Below the pieces are notes generated by a model. That model had not been told where the DNA came from. It was given only the letters and a program-made list of their open reading frames with translations, and ran no database searches. Position numbers and translations under genes: made by a program. Positions 47,473-56,439 of a stretch of DNA of 64,000 nucleotides are shown piece by piece. Numbering within the stretch: position 1 is the stretch's first letter; every line of letters starts with the position of its first letter. The stretch comes from Gammaproteobacteria bacterium. Lineage in GTDB: Bacteria > Pseudomonadota > Gammaproteobacteria > Steroidobacterales > Steroidobacteraceae. Location: assembly GCA_043738945.1 (NCBI GenBank), contig JAYUFB010000080.1, positions 49,697-113,696 of the forward strand. Direction: 5' to 3'.

Positions 47473-47858
47473 CCGAAGTCATTCTAGATGCTTCAGCACT
47501 CCTGGCCCTGCTAAAGAATGAACCCGGCGGTGCAAAAGTAGCAGAAGTCGTGATGTCGTCGCGCATGAGTGCGGTTAATTACGCCGAGGTAGTCAGCCAT
47601 TTCATTCACGCCGGAATGCCCGCCCCCGAGGTAGATGCAATGCTCGATCCTTTACCCATGACCTTGGTCGAAGCGGATGCAGATCTCGCGCGTATCGCCG
47701 GTCGATTACGTTTAATTACCTCAAATGCGGGTCTATCGCTGGGGGATCGGTTCTGCCTGGCCCTCGCCGCACGCGATGGACTTCCCGCCTGGACCGCCGA
47801 CAGAAAATGGCGGAGCGTGGCAGAAGCAGCAGGGGTAGTTGTCGTCGTCATCCGATAA
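47469..47858 (+). CDS. vapC: PIN-domain toxin, VapC family
   Basis: ILDASALLALL, NYAEVVS, GLSLGDRFCLALA and WTAD acidic-residue pattern of PIN domains. Confidence 0.88.
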   Translation: MTEVILDASALLALLKNEPGGAKVAEVVMSSRMSAVNYAEVVSHFIHAGMPAPEVDAMLDPLPMTLVEADADLARIAGRLRLITSNAGLSLGDRFCLALAARDGLPAWTADRKWRSVAEAAGVVVVVIR

Positions 47859-47948
47859 TCGAATGCTGACCAGCGGTGCCGTTCAACGTTTTGACTCAAA
47901 GCCGTCTAACGCGAGCGTCCGCTTTTTGGAGGCAGAGATCGGACGACC

Positions 47949-48497
47949 TTACGTACTGAGGCCGATGTAATACACCATGTTGTCCGCGGGCCGGACCAGA
48001 ATCAGATCGACCGCCGAAGGATCCGTACCGTAGTATTTAATGCTCCACAGATAAACGTAGTATGTTTGATTTCGGATATCAGCTGCAGGAGGAAACCAAG
48101 GAATATCACTTGAATTTCGCGCCGTCTCCGCGAACCCGACTGCGTCGTCAATGACCATGGGAAGCTGATCGCCGCGATGCCAACCGCCTCTCTTCGTCGA
48201 AGGCAATTCTGATGGCGAGACATGGGAAATCTTTATTGCATATGCGTCCAGATGATCACCGCCGAGCGATCGGGCAGTGACGTGACTGTGCATTACACTG
48301 ATGAAGCGCTTGTCACCAAGCGCGCACCAGTTCAACACAAACCGCACGTCTTTAAACGTAGCAGCACCGTTCGGCTGATCGGCATACGTCACGTGTTTGA
48401 AGGCAACGAATCCAATAATGGCCAGTACACCGATTAGCGATATCGCGCCCCAAGCGAGCAGGCTGCGTACCAGAAATATCCTTATCAATGCGCTCAT
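47949..48497 (-). CDS. membrane-anchored hypothetical protein
   Basis: N-terminal TM (LLAWGAISLIGVLAIIGFVAF) followed by a soluble domain of about 140 aa. No family recognised. Confidence 0.5.
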   Translation of the reverse strand: MSALIRIFLVRSLLAWGAISLIGVLAIIGFVAFKHVTYADQPNGAATFKDVRFVLNWCALGDKRFISVMHSHVTARSLGGDHLDAYAIKISHVSPSELPSTKRGGWHRGDQLPMVIDDAVGFAETARNSSDIPWFPPAADIRNQTYYVYLWSIKYYGTDPSAVDLILVRPADNMVYYIGLST

Positions 48498-48763
48498 ACC
48501 GACACCTTGCCATTTTGCTGAAAGGAGTCGTCCCTCCTTGCACCATCCAATCGTATCAGTTTACAAACGTCGGCTTTCGGTGGACCATTTTTACGGAATG
48601 AGTGTCCGAGTTTGGTCGACCACGTCGAAAAGCGACAGATATCCGGCGGACAAACTCGCCATATACAGTTTAACCCGACAAGGCAATGTCGGATAGATAA
48701 AATCCTAGCCTGCACAAAAACCACAGAATCTCGCCCTGTGCGACTTTTCGCCAGCTGCGCGTT

Positions 48764-49828
48764 CTACTCGCGCCGTGTTTGCAGCCCTTCCTCAACAATC
48801 GCCTTTTCCAGCATACTGCGAAAACTCGCTAAGGCCGTGTCCATCCGCATCGCCAACATGGGCGCATCCGGTTCAAGATCCAAAATTCTCTGTTGCGCCA
48901 AAATAATATCCTTATCTTCCATGAACCCAGCCAACACGCTCGTGGTTAAGTTCTCGGTAACCTTAGGGTCATCTAGTGCAAAACCATGCGATTGCTGAAA
49001 AAAGTAATGCGAAGTCTTCTCAGTCTCCGGCGTCACTGCCTGACAACCAAAAAACGACGCCGCATCGACACGATTGCCCTCGGGCGCACCGGTGCCCGTC
49101 GCCGCACTCCCCGAATCCATGAGTAGCACCCCCGGCAGTACCACATCATAAATATTCCACCGATCAACATTGCCAGGCCAAGTTTTCAAATTACGCAAAA
49201 AAGGTGCCGGTTCATCATCAATCAGCCAGCGCTCGACGCGCACACTCCGCCCTTTGCGCGTCACCTTGGGCCGAGTACCCGCATATTTAGCCGAGCCGCC
49301 TAAAGTTGTAGCGTGCACATAGGACAGGTGCGAGAAATCCAACAGATTATCAGTGATCAAAACGTAGTTAGCGTTGTAATGCAGGTACCCGGGCGTGCCG
49401 CGCCAACCGGGATCATCCAAATAATGAGTATCGGGAATGAGCGAAGCATCCGCCTTTTCAGGTTCACCCATCCAAATCCACACCCACTTGAATCGCTCAA
49501 CCACGGGAAAGGCTCGAACTTTAGCGGCCGGCGGAATAAATTCCTGTGAAGGAATCTCAACGCATTGGCCCAATGAGTTAAACAGCAACCCGTGATACAT
49601 ACAACGGATGCAATCACCCTCACGCCGCCCCTTGGAGAGCGGCGCCGCACGATGACAGCAACGATCCAATAACGCCACAACGTGGCCATCACGGTCGCGC
49701 CACAATATCAACGGCACGCGAGTAATAGTACGTGCCAGCATTCCCTCCGACTCGATCTCATGCGACCACGCCGCCACATACCAAGTATTTTTAAGAAATG
49801 TAGTACTAGAAGCGGTGGCGGTACTCAT
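48764..49828 (-). CDS. Rieske oxygenase, VanA/phthalate-family oxygenase component
   Basis: Rieske motif CCHRAAPLSKGRREGDCIRCMYHG with canonical spacing. Iron site region DNLLDFSHLSYVH. No reductase gene is nearby. Confidence 0.85.
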   Translation of the reverse strand: MSTATASSTTFLKNTWYVAAWSHEIESEGMLARTITRVPLILWRDRDGHVVALLDRCCHRAAPLSKGRREGDCIRCMYHGLLFNSLGQCVEIPSQEFIPPAAKVRAFPVVERFKWVWIWMGEPEKADASLIPDTHYLDDPGWRGTPGYLHYNANYVLITDNLLDFSHLSYVHATTLGGSAKYAGTRPKVTRKGRSVRVERWLIDDEPAPFLRNLKTWPGNVDRWNIYDVVLPGVLLMDSGSAATGTGAPEGNRVDAASFFGCQAVTPETEKTSHYFFQQSHGFALDDPKVTENLTTSVLAGFMEDKDIILAQQRILDLEPDAPMLAMRMDTALASFRSMLEKAIVEEGLQTRRE

Positions 49829-49860
49829 GATATGGCTAGCATTATAAAACTCTAGCTCAG

Positions 49861-52083
49861 CTATTTTCCGCCCCAGCGATAATTAAAAGTCGCGCCATAG
49901 GTGCGTGGTGGACCGTAAACGCTCTGGTTCCATCCGATAACCGATAAATCTAAGTTATAAACTCGGTAGTATTTATTAGTAACATTCCTTACCCACGCGC
50001 TTACATCCCAATGACCTGCGTCATTGGTGTAAGTAAATCGCGCATTACTCAGTGCATACGAAGCCTGATAATCGACCTGAGAATTGAGAAGCTCTAAATA
50101 TTCGTGCGCGTTCCATTTAGCGTCCGCCTCGACCGCTAGTTGACCACTCGGCACCGGCCACTCATAGCGTGCCACCGCATTTAAGCTCCATTTTGGGGCC
50201 TGCGGAAGCTCTGTAGAGATCGTTCCGCCTAATGCCAGCGGAACATTTTTAGCAACGGTTTCTAGATGGGAAACACCTAACTGCAAATTCATTCCGCGCA
50301 TCGGTGCCACAGCGAATTCCAACTCACCACCTTTAACGGTTGCATCAATGTTCTGCACCACTTGGGTTAAGCCCGCCAGAAAGAAACCCTGGTAATTATG
50401 ATAATCGTAGTAAAATAAAGCACCGTTAAGGCGCGCGCGTCCGTCCCAAAAAGTGTATTTCTCGCCAAGCTCATAGCTAGTGAGTGTCTCTTGGTCATAC
50501 GGCAGGCTAGTGACCGAAACAGGGGGTGCAGCTCCCGGCGGCGGCGCATACTCCCCGACTCCCGCACTCGGGGCCGACCATCCGCCACCTTTCGCGCCAC
50601 GGTTGACGCTGACATAAAGCATAGAATCTGGGGCAAATTTGTAATCTAACTCAAGCTTACCCGTAACGTTGTTATAGGTATGATTTGCGGAAGGGTACAG
50701 TCCACGGTTGTAAGGATCATCAGGGCTAAAACCGGGATTCGTAAATAGATAATCGAAAGTCTTTTTGTCACTCGTATAGCGTGCGCCTGCGATACCCGTA
50801 AAGCTCGGTGCAAAATCATATTCTAGTTGGCCAAAAATCGATTGTGACTGGGTCGTCAGCGTAAAAGCAGCGTCCGATGGGCCACCAAATGCTGAGATGA
50901 TACTGACCTTTTCATCATTGCTGGTGTGATAGTCGAGAAAATACAAACCCGTGATCCACTTAAGCGCACCCACCGTACCGTTGAGGCGTAGTTCCTGCGC
51001 GAGTTGATGATAATGCTGCAGCGTGTCGTAATTAAAAATGGGCTGCGGAGATACATCTGAGTCCTCACCATAGCGTTTCTGAAGGTGCAGATAATCGGTA
51101 ACGGACGTAAAATTGAAAGCATCGAAATTCCAGTTCACATGCAAGGTTGCACCCAGCACCGTGCGATTAAATATACCGCGCCGGTCTTCAGCCTGAGTAA
51201 ATGGATCGGTGTTAGCACTAGAGTAACCCGTAAAGTCACCTAAATTCGGATCCGTAAACTTGCCTCTCGCTTGGCTATCCCAGGCGGACGGCGCCCACGA
51301 ATAATTACCCGCGGTTTCGTTATCATTCACTACACCGTGAATTTTCAGCAGGACTTCACCCTGTTCTGACGGTTTGTACAAAAACTGTACGCGGCCCGCG
51401 TATTGCTTTTCGTTGTTGATAGATGGCCCAATCAGGTTTTTAATATAGCCGTCATGATATGAAGTCGCGAAAGAAGCGCGTACCGCAAATCGGTCACTAA
51501 CTGCATGATTGAAAGCACCTTCGGTGTTTAAGGTACCGTAATTACCGCCGGTCACCGACACATACCCGTCATCATCGAATTTCGGTTTTTCGCTGATATA
51601 GTGAATCAAGCCACCGGTGGCGTTGCGCCCGAACAACGTGCCTTGCGGGCCGCGCAATATTTCTACCCGTTGAATATCGAACAGCGATCCCGCGAGTGCT
51701 CCCATGGAGGCGATATACGCATCATCCGCATACACCGCGATTGGGGCTTCTTGGTGATCGCTGAAATCGTTCTGCGACACACCGCGTAGGTTATACACCG
51801 TGACGGTAGCGCCGTATTGATTGAACTGCATACCGGGGGTTTGGTTTGAAATAGCGGTCACGTCGCTAAGCCCTAGCTTCCTCAACGAGGCGCCATCAAA
51901 CGCGGTAATTGAGGTACCCACCGTCTGCAAATTCTGCTCACGCTTTTGTGCGGTGACCACAATTTCATCGAGCGTACCCGCTCCGCTCGGCATGCTGGTT
52001 GCGGTCGGTGCATCAGCGGCGATAGCCACTCCGGAATTGATCGCGGCGAGAACCAGCACAAGCAGTTTTTGTTTATTAATCAC
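49861..52083 (-). CDS. TonB-dependent receptor
   Basis: Signal peptide, TonB-box region DEIVVTAQKRE, plug motif ILRGPQGTLFGRNATGG, and a long beta-barrel with a terminal aromatic-rich strand. Confidence 0.92.
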   Translation of the reverse strand: MINKQKLLVLVLAAINSGVAIAADAPTATSMPSGAGTLDEIVVTAQKREQNLQTVGTSITAFDGASLRKLGLSDVTAISNQTPGMQFNQYGATVTVYNLRGVSQNDFSDHQEAPIAVYADDAYIASMGALAGSLFDIQRVEILRGPQGTLFGRNATGGLIHYISEKPKFDDDGYVSVTGGNYGTLNTEGAFNHAVSDRFAVRASFATSYHDGYIKNLIGPSINNEKQYAGRVQFLYKPSEQGEVLLKIHGVVNDNETAGNYSWAPSAWDSQARGKFTDPNLGDFTGYSSANTDPFTQAEDRRGIFNRTVLGATLHVNWNFDAFNFTSVTDYLHLQKRYGEDSDVSPQPIFNYDTLQHYHQLAQELRLNGTVGALKWITGLYFLDYHTSNDEKVSIISAFGGPSDAAFTLTTQSQSIFGQLEYDFAPSFTGIAGARYTSDKKTFDYLFTNPGFSPDDPYNRGLYPSANHTYNNVTGKLELDYKFAPDSMLYVSVNRGAKGGGWSAPSAGVGEYAPPPGAAPPVSVTSLPYDQETLTSYELGEKYTFWDGRARLNGALFYYDYHNYQGFFLAGLTQVVQNIDATVKGGELEFAVAPMRGMNLQLGVSHLETVAKNVPLALGGTISTELPQAPKWSLNAVARYEWPVPSGQLAVEADAKWNAHEYLELLNSQVDYQASYALSNARFTYTNDAGHWDVSAWVRNVTNKYYRVYNLDLSVIGWNQSVYGPPRTYGATFNYRWGGK

Positions 52084-52124
52084 AGGGCCACCCTTTAGAG
52101 TTTTCAGCTTCCCGAGTATCCGAT

Positions 52125-52168
52125 CAAACTTGTTTCATTGTCAACAAACTTGTCTTTAAGGACAAGTT
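52125..52168. promoter_or_regulatory. AACTTGTC-N6-GACAAGTT palindrome plus an upstream CAAACTTGT half-site in the TonB receptor / marR divergent region
   Basis: Perfect 8-bp inverted arms at 52147-52154 and 52161-52168. An additional direct copy of CAAACTTGT lies at 52125-52133. The position and symmetry fit a MarR-type operator. Confidence 0.45.
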
Positions 52169-52298
52169 ATCAGGCTACCTGTGGTTTAGGCACCACGGAT
52201 TCAGACTGTTACCCCACGCCATTAACCGAAGCGGCGCGACAAGCATCGACGTGGTAATCTTTTTGTCTCTGCAAAAAGGGATAAAGGGAATTATAGAA

Positions 52299-52796
52299 AT
52301 GCTTAGAGCCGCAAAGAAAAAGACCAGCGCGCGTCCGCACGTTAAACGCGCAGCTTTGGGGCCCATCGGCAAGTTGGAAGACTTTATACCGTACAAGCTG
52401 TCCGTGGTCGCGAATCGTCTATCTCAGTCTATCGGCCGCCTTTTCGAAGCCCAATTCAACATTCAAATGCCTGAATGGCGCATTTTGATGGCCCTCTATG
52501 CATACGATCACTTAGTCTTTAACGAAGTCGTGGAGCGAACCAGCATGGATAAAGCGCGGGTCTCCCGGGCCCAACGCCGCTTGGTGGACTTAAGCCTAGT
52601 GAAGTCGGTCAACGATCCCAGCGATGGACGCAAGGTGATACTCTCGTTGACGCTAAAAGGCGAGCGAATGTGCGCCAATATTCTTCCCGAAGCGGCCAAA
52701 CGCGAAGCCTGGTACTTAGCCGCGCTTGATGACCACGAACACAGCCAGCTCGACATAATCTTGGACAAGCTCATGAAACGCAGTCTGGAGGCCTGA
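52299..52796 (+). CDS. MarR-family transcriptional regulator
   Basis: Winged-helix core (PEWRILMALYAYDHLVFNEVVERTSMDKARVSRAQRRLVDLSLV..DPSDGRKVILSLT). ATG 52299 has an AAGGGA Shine-Dalgarno sequence. Confidence 0.88.
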   Translation: MLRAAKKKTSARPHVKRAALGPIGKLEDFIPYKLSVVANRLSQSIGRLFEAQFNIQMPEWRILMALYAYDHLVFNEVVERTSMDKARVSRAQRRLVDLSLVKSVNDPSDGRKVILSLTLKGERMCANILPEAAKREAWYLAALDDHEHSQLDIILDKLMKRSLEA

Positions 52797-52891
52797 ACCA
52801 CCGCGAGCGGCGCGGCGGCTGCGGTGCGTTGCTCCCCGACATTCCAATCGTTGACAATGAAACAATCAGGCTGCATGATTTTAACTACCCT

Positions 52892-54325
52892 ATGGCCTAC
52901 CCCACGCTTAAGCTGCTCATAGACGGTCAATGGATAGAACAAACTTCTAGTACTTTGGCCGTCCACAATCCGGCCACGGGCGAGGTACTGGGGCAACTCC
53001 CGGCAGCCGAGCCCGAGCACATTGAGCAAGCGGCAAAGGCCGCCGCCAAGAGCTTTCCAGCGTGGGCTGCCATGGGACCGCATGAGCGCTGCGCAATCAT
53101 TGCAAGGGCCACCGCACTCATTCGTGAACGCGCCACCAGCATCGCGGAAATCCTTACTCTGGAACAAGGTAAGCCGCTCGCTGAGTCAAAACGTGAAGTC
53201 ATGCTGTCCGCTGACATTATCGACTTTTTAGCCGAAGAATCACGACGTTTAGCGAGCCGTGGCGTACCGGCGCGCTCCTCAAACATCCTCAGCCAAACTG
53301 TGCAACGCGTACCGGTTGGGCCGGTTGCTGCTTTTACGCCCTGGAATTTCCCCGCTAGTTTGCCTGCACGAAAGCTGGGCGGCGCGCTCGCTGCCGGTTG
53401 CACGGTGGTGATTAAGCCTGCGGAAGAAACGCCTGCAACCTGCCTAGAATTAGCGCGCGCTTTTGTTGATGCGGGAATTCCGCCCGGAGTGCTCAATGTG
53501 GTGTGCGGCAATCCTGCCGCCATTGCAAGCGCACTGATTGCTCACCCCGGAATTGCCAAGATATCGTTTACCGGTTCAGTCCCGGTGGGGCGAATGTTGG
53601 GTGAAATGGCCGCAAGACATTTGAAGCGTTTCGCCGCCGAACTCGGCGGCCACGCCGCACTAATCGTATGCTCGGATGTCGACGCGGCACATGTGGCTGC
53701 ACTCGCGGCCACGGCTAAATTTCGTAACGCTGGACAAGTATGTACCGCGCCAATTCGATTCTTAGTGCACAAGGCCGTATACCAAACCTTTCGCTATGCC
53801 TTCATTAGCGCTGCGAATGCTATTAAAATAGGCAATGGTCTAGAACCCGGAGTCCAGCTCGGTCCCTTAATCCACGAACGACGCTTAGCCGCGATGCAAG
53901 GCTTCGTTGACGACGCCAAACAGCACGGCGGCAAGGTATTGTGCGGTGGCCTTAAGCTCGATCGTCCAGGGCTTTTCTATCCGCCCACCGTGCTCGAACG
54001 TGTCCCGTTCAGCGCCCGCGCGCAGCGCGAAGAACCCTTCGGCCCACTCGCATTACTGGATGAGTTTGAAGATTTAGATGCCGCCATTACCCAAGCCAAC
54101 GCACTGAATTACGGGCTAGCCGCTTACGCCTTTACCCGCGATTTGGCGCAAGCGCACCGACTTGCGCACTCGCTCAATGCGGGCATGGTCGGCATTAATC
54201 ATTTCGGCGTATCGCAACCGGAGACACCGTTCGGCGGCATTAAAGATAGCGGCACCGGCAGCGAAAGCGGCTTAGAGGGCTTACTGGGCTACACCGATGT
54301 TAAATTTGTAAGCATGGCCTCGTGA
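52892..54325 (+). CDS. NAD(P)-dependent aldehyde dehydrogenase (succinate-semialdehyde dehydrogenase-like)
   Basis: Catalytic Glu (AAELGGHA) and Cys (FRNAGQVCTAP), plus FTGSVPVG and PFGGIKDSG motifs. Confidence 0.92.
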   Translation: MAYPTLKLLIDGQWIEQTSSTLAVHNPATGEVLGQLPAAEPEHIEQAAKAAAKSFPAWAAMGPHERCAIIARATALIRERATSIAEILTLEQGKPLAESKREVMLSADIIDFLAEESRRLASRGVPARSSNILSQTVQRVPVGPVAAFTPWNFPASLPARKLGGALAAGCTVVIKPAEETPATCLELARAFVDAGIPPGVLNVVCGNPAAIASALIAHPGIAKISFTGSVPVGRMLGEMAARHLKRFAAELGGHAALIVCSDVDAAHVAALAATAKFRNAGQVCTAPIRFLVHKAVYQTFRYAFISAANAIKIGNGLEPGVQLGPLIHERRLAAMQGFVDDAKQHGGKVLCGGLKLDRPGLFYPPTVLERVPFSARAQREEPFGPLALLDEFEDLDAAITQANALNYGLAAYAFTRDLAQAHRLAHSLNAGMVGINHFGVSQPETPFGGIKDSGTGSESGLEGLLGYTDVKFVSMAS

Positions 54326-55059
54326 CTAACCTCTCGTCCGCTTCACGGCTGACACCCACCACCGCAATGATCGACCCACCGGGCGCTGGCCGCTCAGATG
54401 TCACACCGCGGGCCTTATTGCTGGATTTTGGCAGCGTCATAAGCGTCTCCGCCTTTGAAAGACACCGACAAACCGAACGCATTTTAAACTTACCCGTAGG
54501 CTCGCTCACGTGGCAAGGTCCCCTCGACCCCGACACCGACGCACTTTGGACCCGCATGCAGCGCGATGAAATCACCGAACGCGAGTACTGGGCCATTCGC
54601 GCGCGTGAACTAGGCCGAGCGGTGGGCGAACACGACTGGGATATTCCTAAGATGATCACGCGCATGCGCCAATCCGATCCTAATGCAGTGGTTCGCCCAG
54701 AGATGCAGCGCCTCATTCGGTTGACGCGCGCCGCCGGGATCAAAGTAGCAGTACTCTCCAATGAATTTGAACTGTTTTATGGGGTTGATATAGCCAAACG
54801 TATTGACGTCATGCAGGGCATGGATGCAGTTATCGATGCCACCCACACCAAAATACTCAAACCTGATTTACGCGCCTATACATTAGCGTTAGAAGCATTG
54901 CAGTGCGATGCTCGTGAAGTGTTATTTGTCGATGATCAATTTCGCAATGTCGCGGGCGCAATTCGCGCGGGACTGCAAACGCAATTTTTTGATTTGCGCG
55001 ACGTCAACGGCAATATTGCCGCGATTGCGGCTCGCCTCAAACTAAACCTTTGCAGCTAA
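54322..55059 (+). CDS. HAD-superfamily hydrolase
   Basis: Motif I LLLDFGSVI, motif II VLSNE and motif III/IV K..(L)FVDD. 4-nt overlap with the ALDH gene. Confidence 0.75.
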   Translation: MTNLSSASRLTPTTAMIDPPGAGRSDVTPRALLLDFGSVISVSAFERHRQTERILNLPVGSLTWQGPLDPDTDALWTRMQRDEITEREYWAIRARELGRAVGEHDWDIPKMITRMRQSDPNAVVRPEMQRLIRLTRAAGIKVAVLSNEFELFYGVDIAKRIDVMQGMDAVIDATHTKILKPDLRAYTLALEALQCDAREVLFVDDQFRNVAGAIRAGLQTQFFDLRDVNGNIAAIAARLKLNLCS

Positions 55060-55074
55060 AATGCGTAGCGACCC

Positions 55075-56439
55075 ATGAGTCAATTCACTCCTGCCGAACT
55101 TAAAGCCGCGAACGCTCAGCACTTACTCCATCCTATGGCTAATCTTGCAGCCATGCACGACACGCCACCTGACATTATTGCCAAGGGTGAAGGCAGCTGG
55201 ATCTGGGACATCGACGGTCATCGCATGGTCGACGGCGTGGGCGGCCTGTGGAGCGCAAATCTCGGATTCGGCCGCAAAGAAATTCGCGATGCCGTAGTCG
55301 CACAACTCGATGAACTAGCCTTTTACAATGTATTTCGCGGCACCACCCATCCCCGCGCGATTGAGCTCACTGAAAAACTGATGCAGGTCATGGCACCGGA
55401 ACAGGCCGGTTCAGTATTCTTCAGTAACGGTGGCTCCGACGCGGTCGAAAGTGCTCTGAAATTGGCGCGTCAGTATTGGAAAATTAAGGGCCAGTCGGAT
55501 CGCATTAAATTTATAGCGCTTAAACAAGGCTATCACGGCGTGCATTTTGGCGGCATGAGCGTCAACGGCAACACCAATTTCCGGCGCGCCTACGAACCAT
55601 TGCTACCCGGTTGCTTTCATGTCGACACGCCCTGGATTTATCGCAACCCATACACCGACGACCCCGCGGCTCTCGGCATCAAATGCGCTGAAATGCTCGA
55701 ACGCGAAATCGTATTTCAATCGCCGGACACCGTCGCTGCATTTATTGCCGAGCCCGTTCAAGGTGCCGGCGGTGTCATCGTGCCCCCTGCTAATTACTGG
55801 CCGCTGGTGCGCAAAATCTGCGACAAGTACGGCGTACTGCTGATCGCCGATGAAGTCGTCACTGGTTTCGGTCGCACCGGCAAATTATTCGGCACAAGAT
55901 TATGGGGGGTCAACGCGGACATCTGGTGCTTAGCAAAGGGCATCTCCTCAGGGTATGTCCCGCTAGGTGCCACGGTCTTGAACAGGCAGCTCACCGAAGT
56001 ATTCAAGCAAGGCGATGCCGGCCTTGCCACAGTCACTCACGGCTACACGTATAGCGCACACCCGGTCGCCGCCGCTGCTGCCATCGCTACTCTTGACTAC
56101 CTAGAGCGAGTCGATGTCGTCGGCAATGCGGAACGCGAAGGCGCGCACCTCATGGATCGCCTACACACCATGGGAAAAAAACACCGCTTGGTCGGTGACG
56201 TGCGCGGCGTAGGTCTAATGGGATGCTTAGAACTGGTCGCCGATCAAAAAACCAAAGCCGCCTTCCCGCGTGGCGCCAAAGAGGTCACGCAAATTGCACG
56301 TGAAGCCTATAAGCGCGGCGCTATGATTCGTACCTCTGGTGCCAATATTATTTTATCGCCCGCACTAACCATTGAACGTAGCCAAATTGATCTATTGTGC
56401 GACATTATCGATGCATCACTTACAGCAGTAGAAGGTTAA
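55075..56439 (+). CDS. class-III (omega) aminotransferase
   Basis: FSNGGSDAVESALKLA, LIADEVVTGFGRTGKLFG and the PLP-lysine context CLAKGISSGYVPLG. Confidence 0.9.
   Translation: MSQFTPAELKAANAQHLLHPMANLAAMHDTPPDIIAKGEGSWIWDIDGHRMVDGVGGLWSANLGFGRKEIRDAVVAQLDELAFYNVFRGTTHPRAIELTEKLMQVMAPEQAGSVFFSNGGSDAVESALKLARQYWKIKGQSDRIKFIALKQGYHGVHFGGMSVNGNTNFRRAYEPLLPGCFHVDTPWIYRNPYTDDPAALGIKCAEMLEREIVFQSPDTVAAFIAEPVQGAGGVIVPPANYWPLVRKICDKYGVLLIADEVVTGFGRTGKLFGTRLWGVNADIWCLAKGISSGYVPLGATVLNRQLTEVFKQGDAGLATVTHGYTYSAHPVAAAAAIATLDYLERVDVVGNAEREGAHLMDRLHTMGKKHRLVGDVRGVGLMGCLELVADQKTKAAFPRGAKEVTQIAREAYKRGAMIRTSGANIILSPALTIERSQIDLLCDIIDASLTAVEG

Noticed and set aside
52508-53523. Minus-strand ORFs of 219 aa and 198 aa spanning the marR 3' end and the ALDH 5' region.
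   Set aside because: They are antisense to two confidently called genes and have no recognisable domains.
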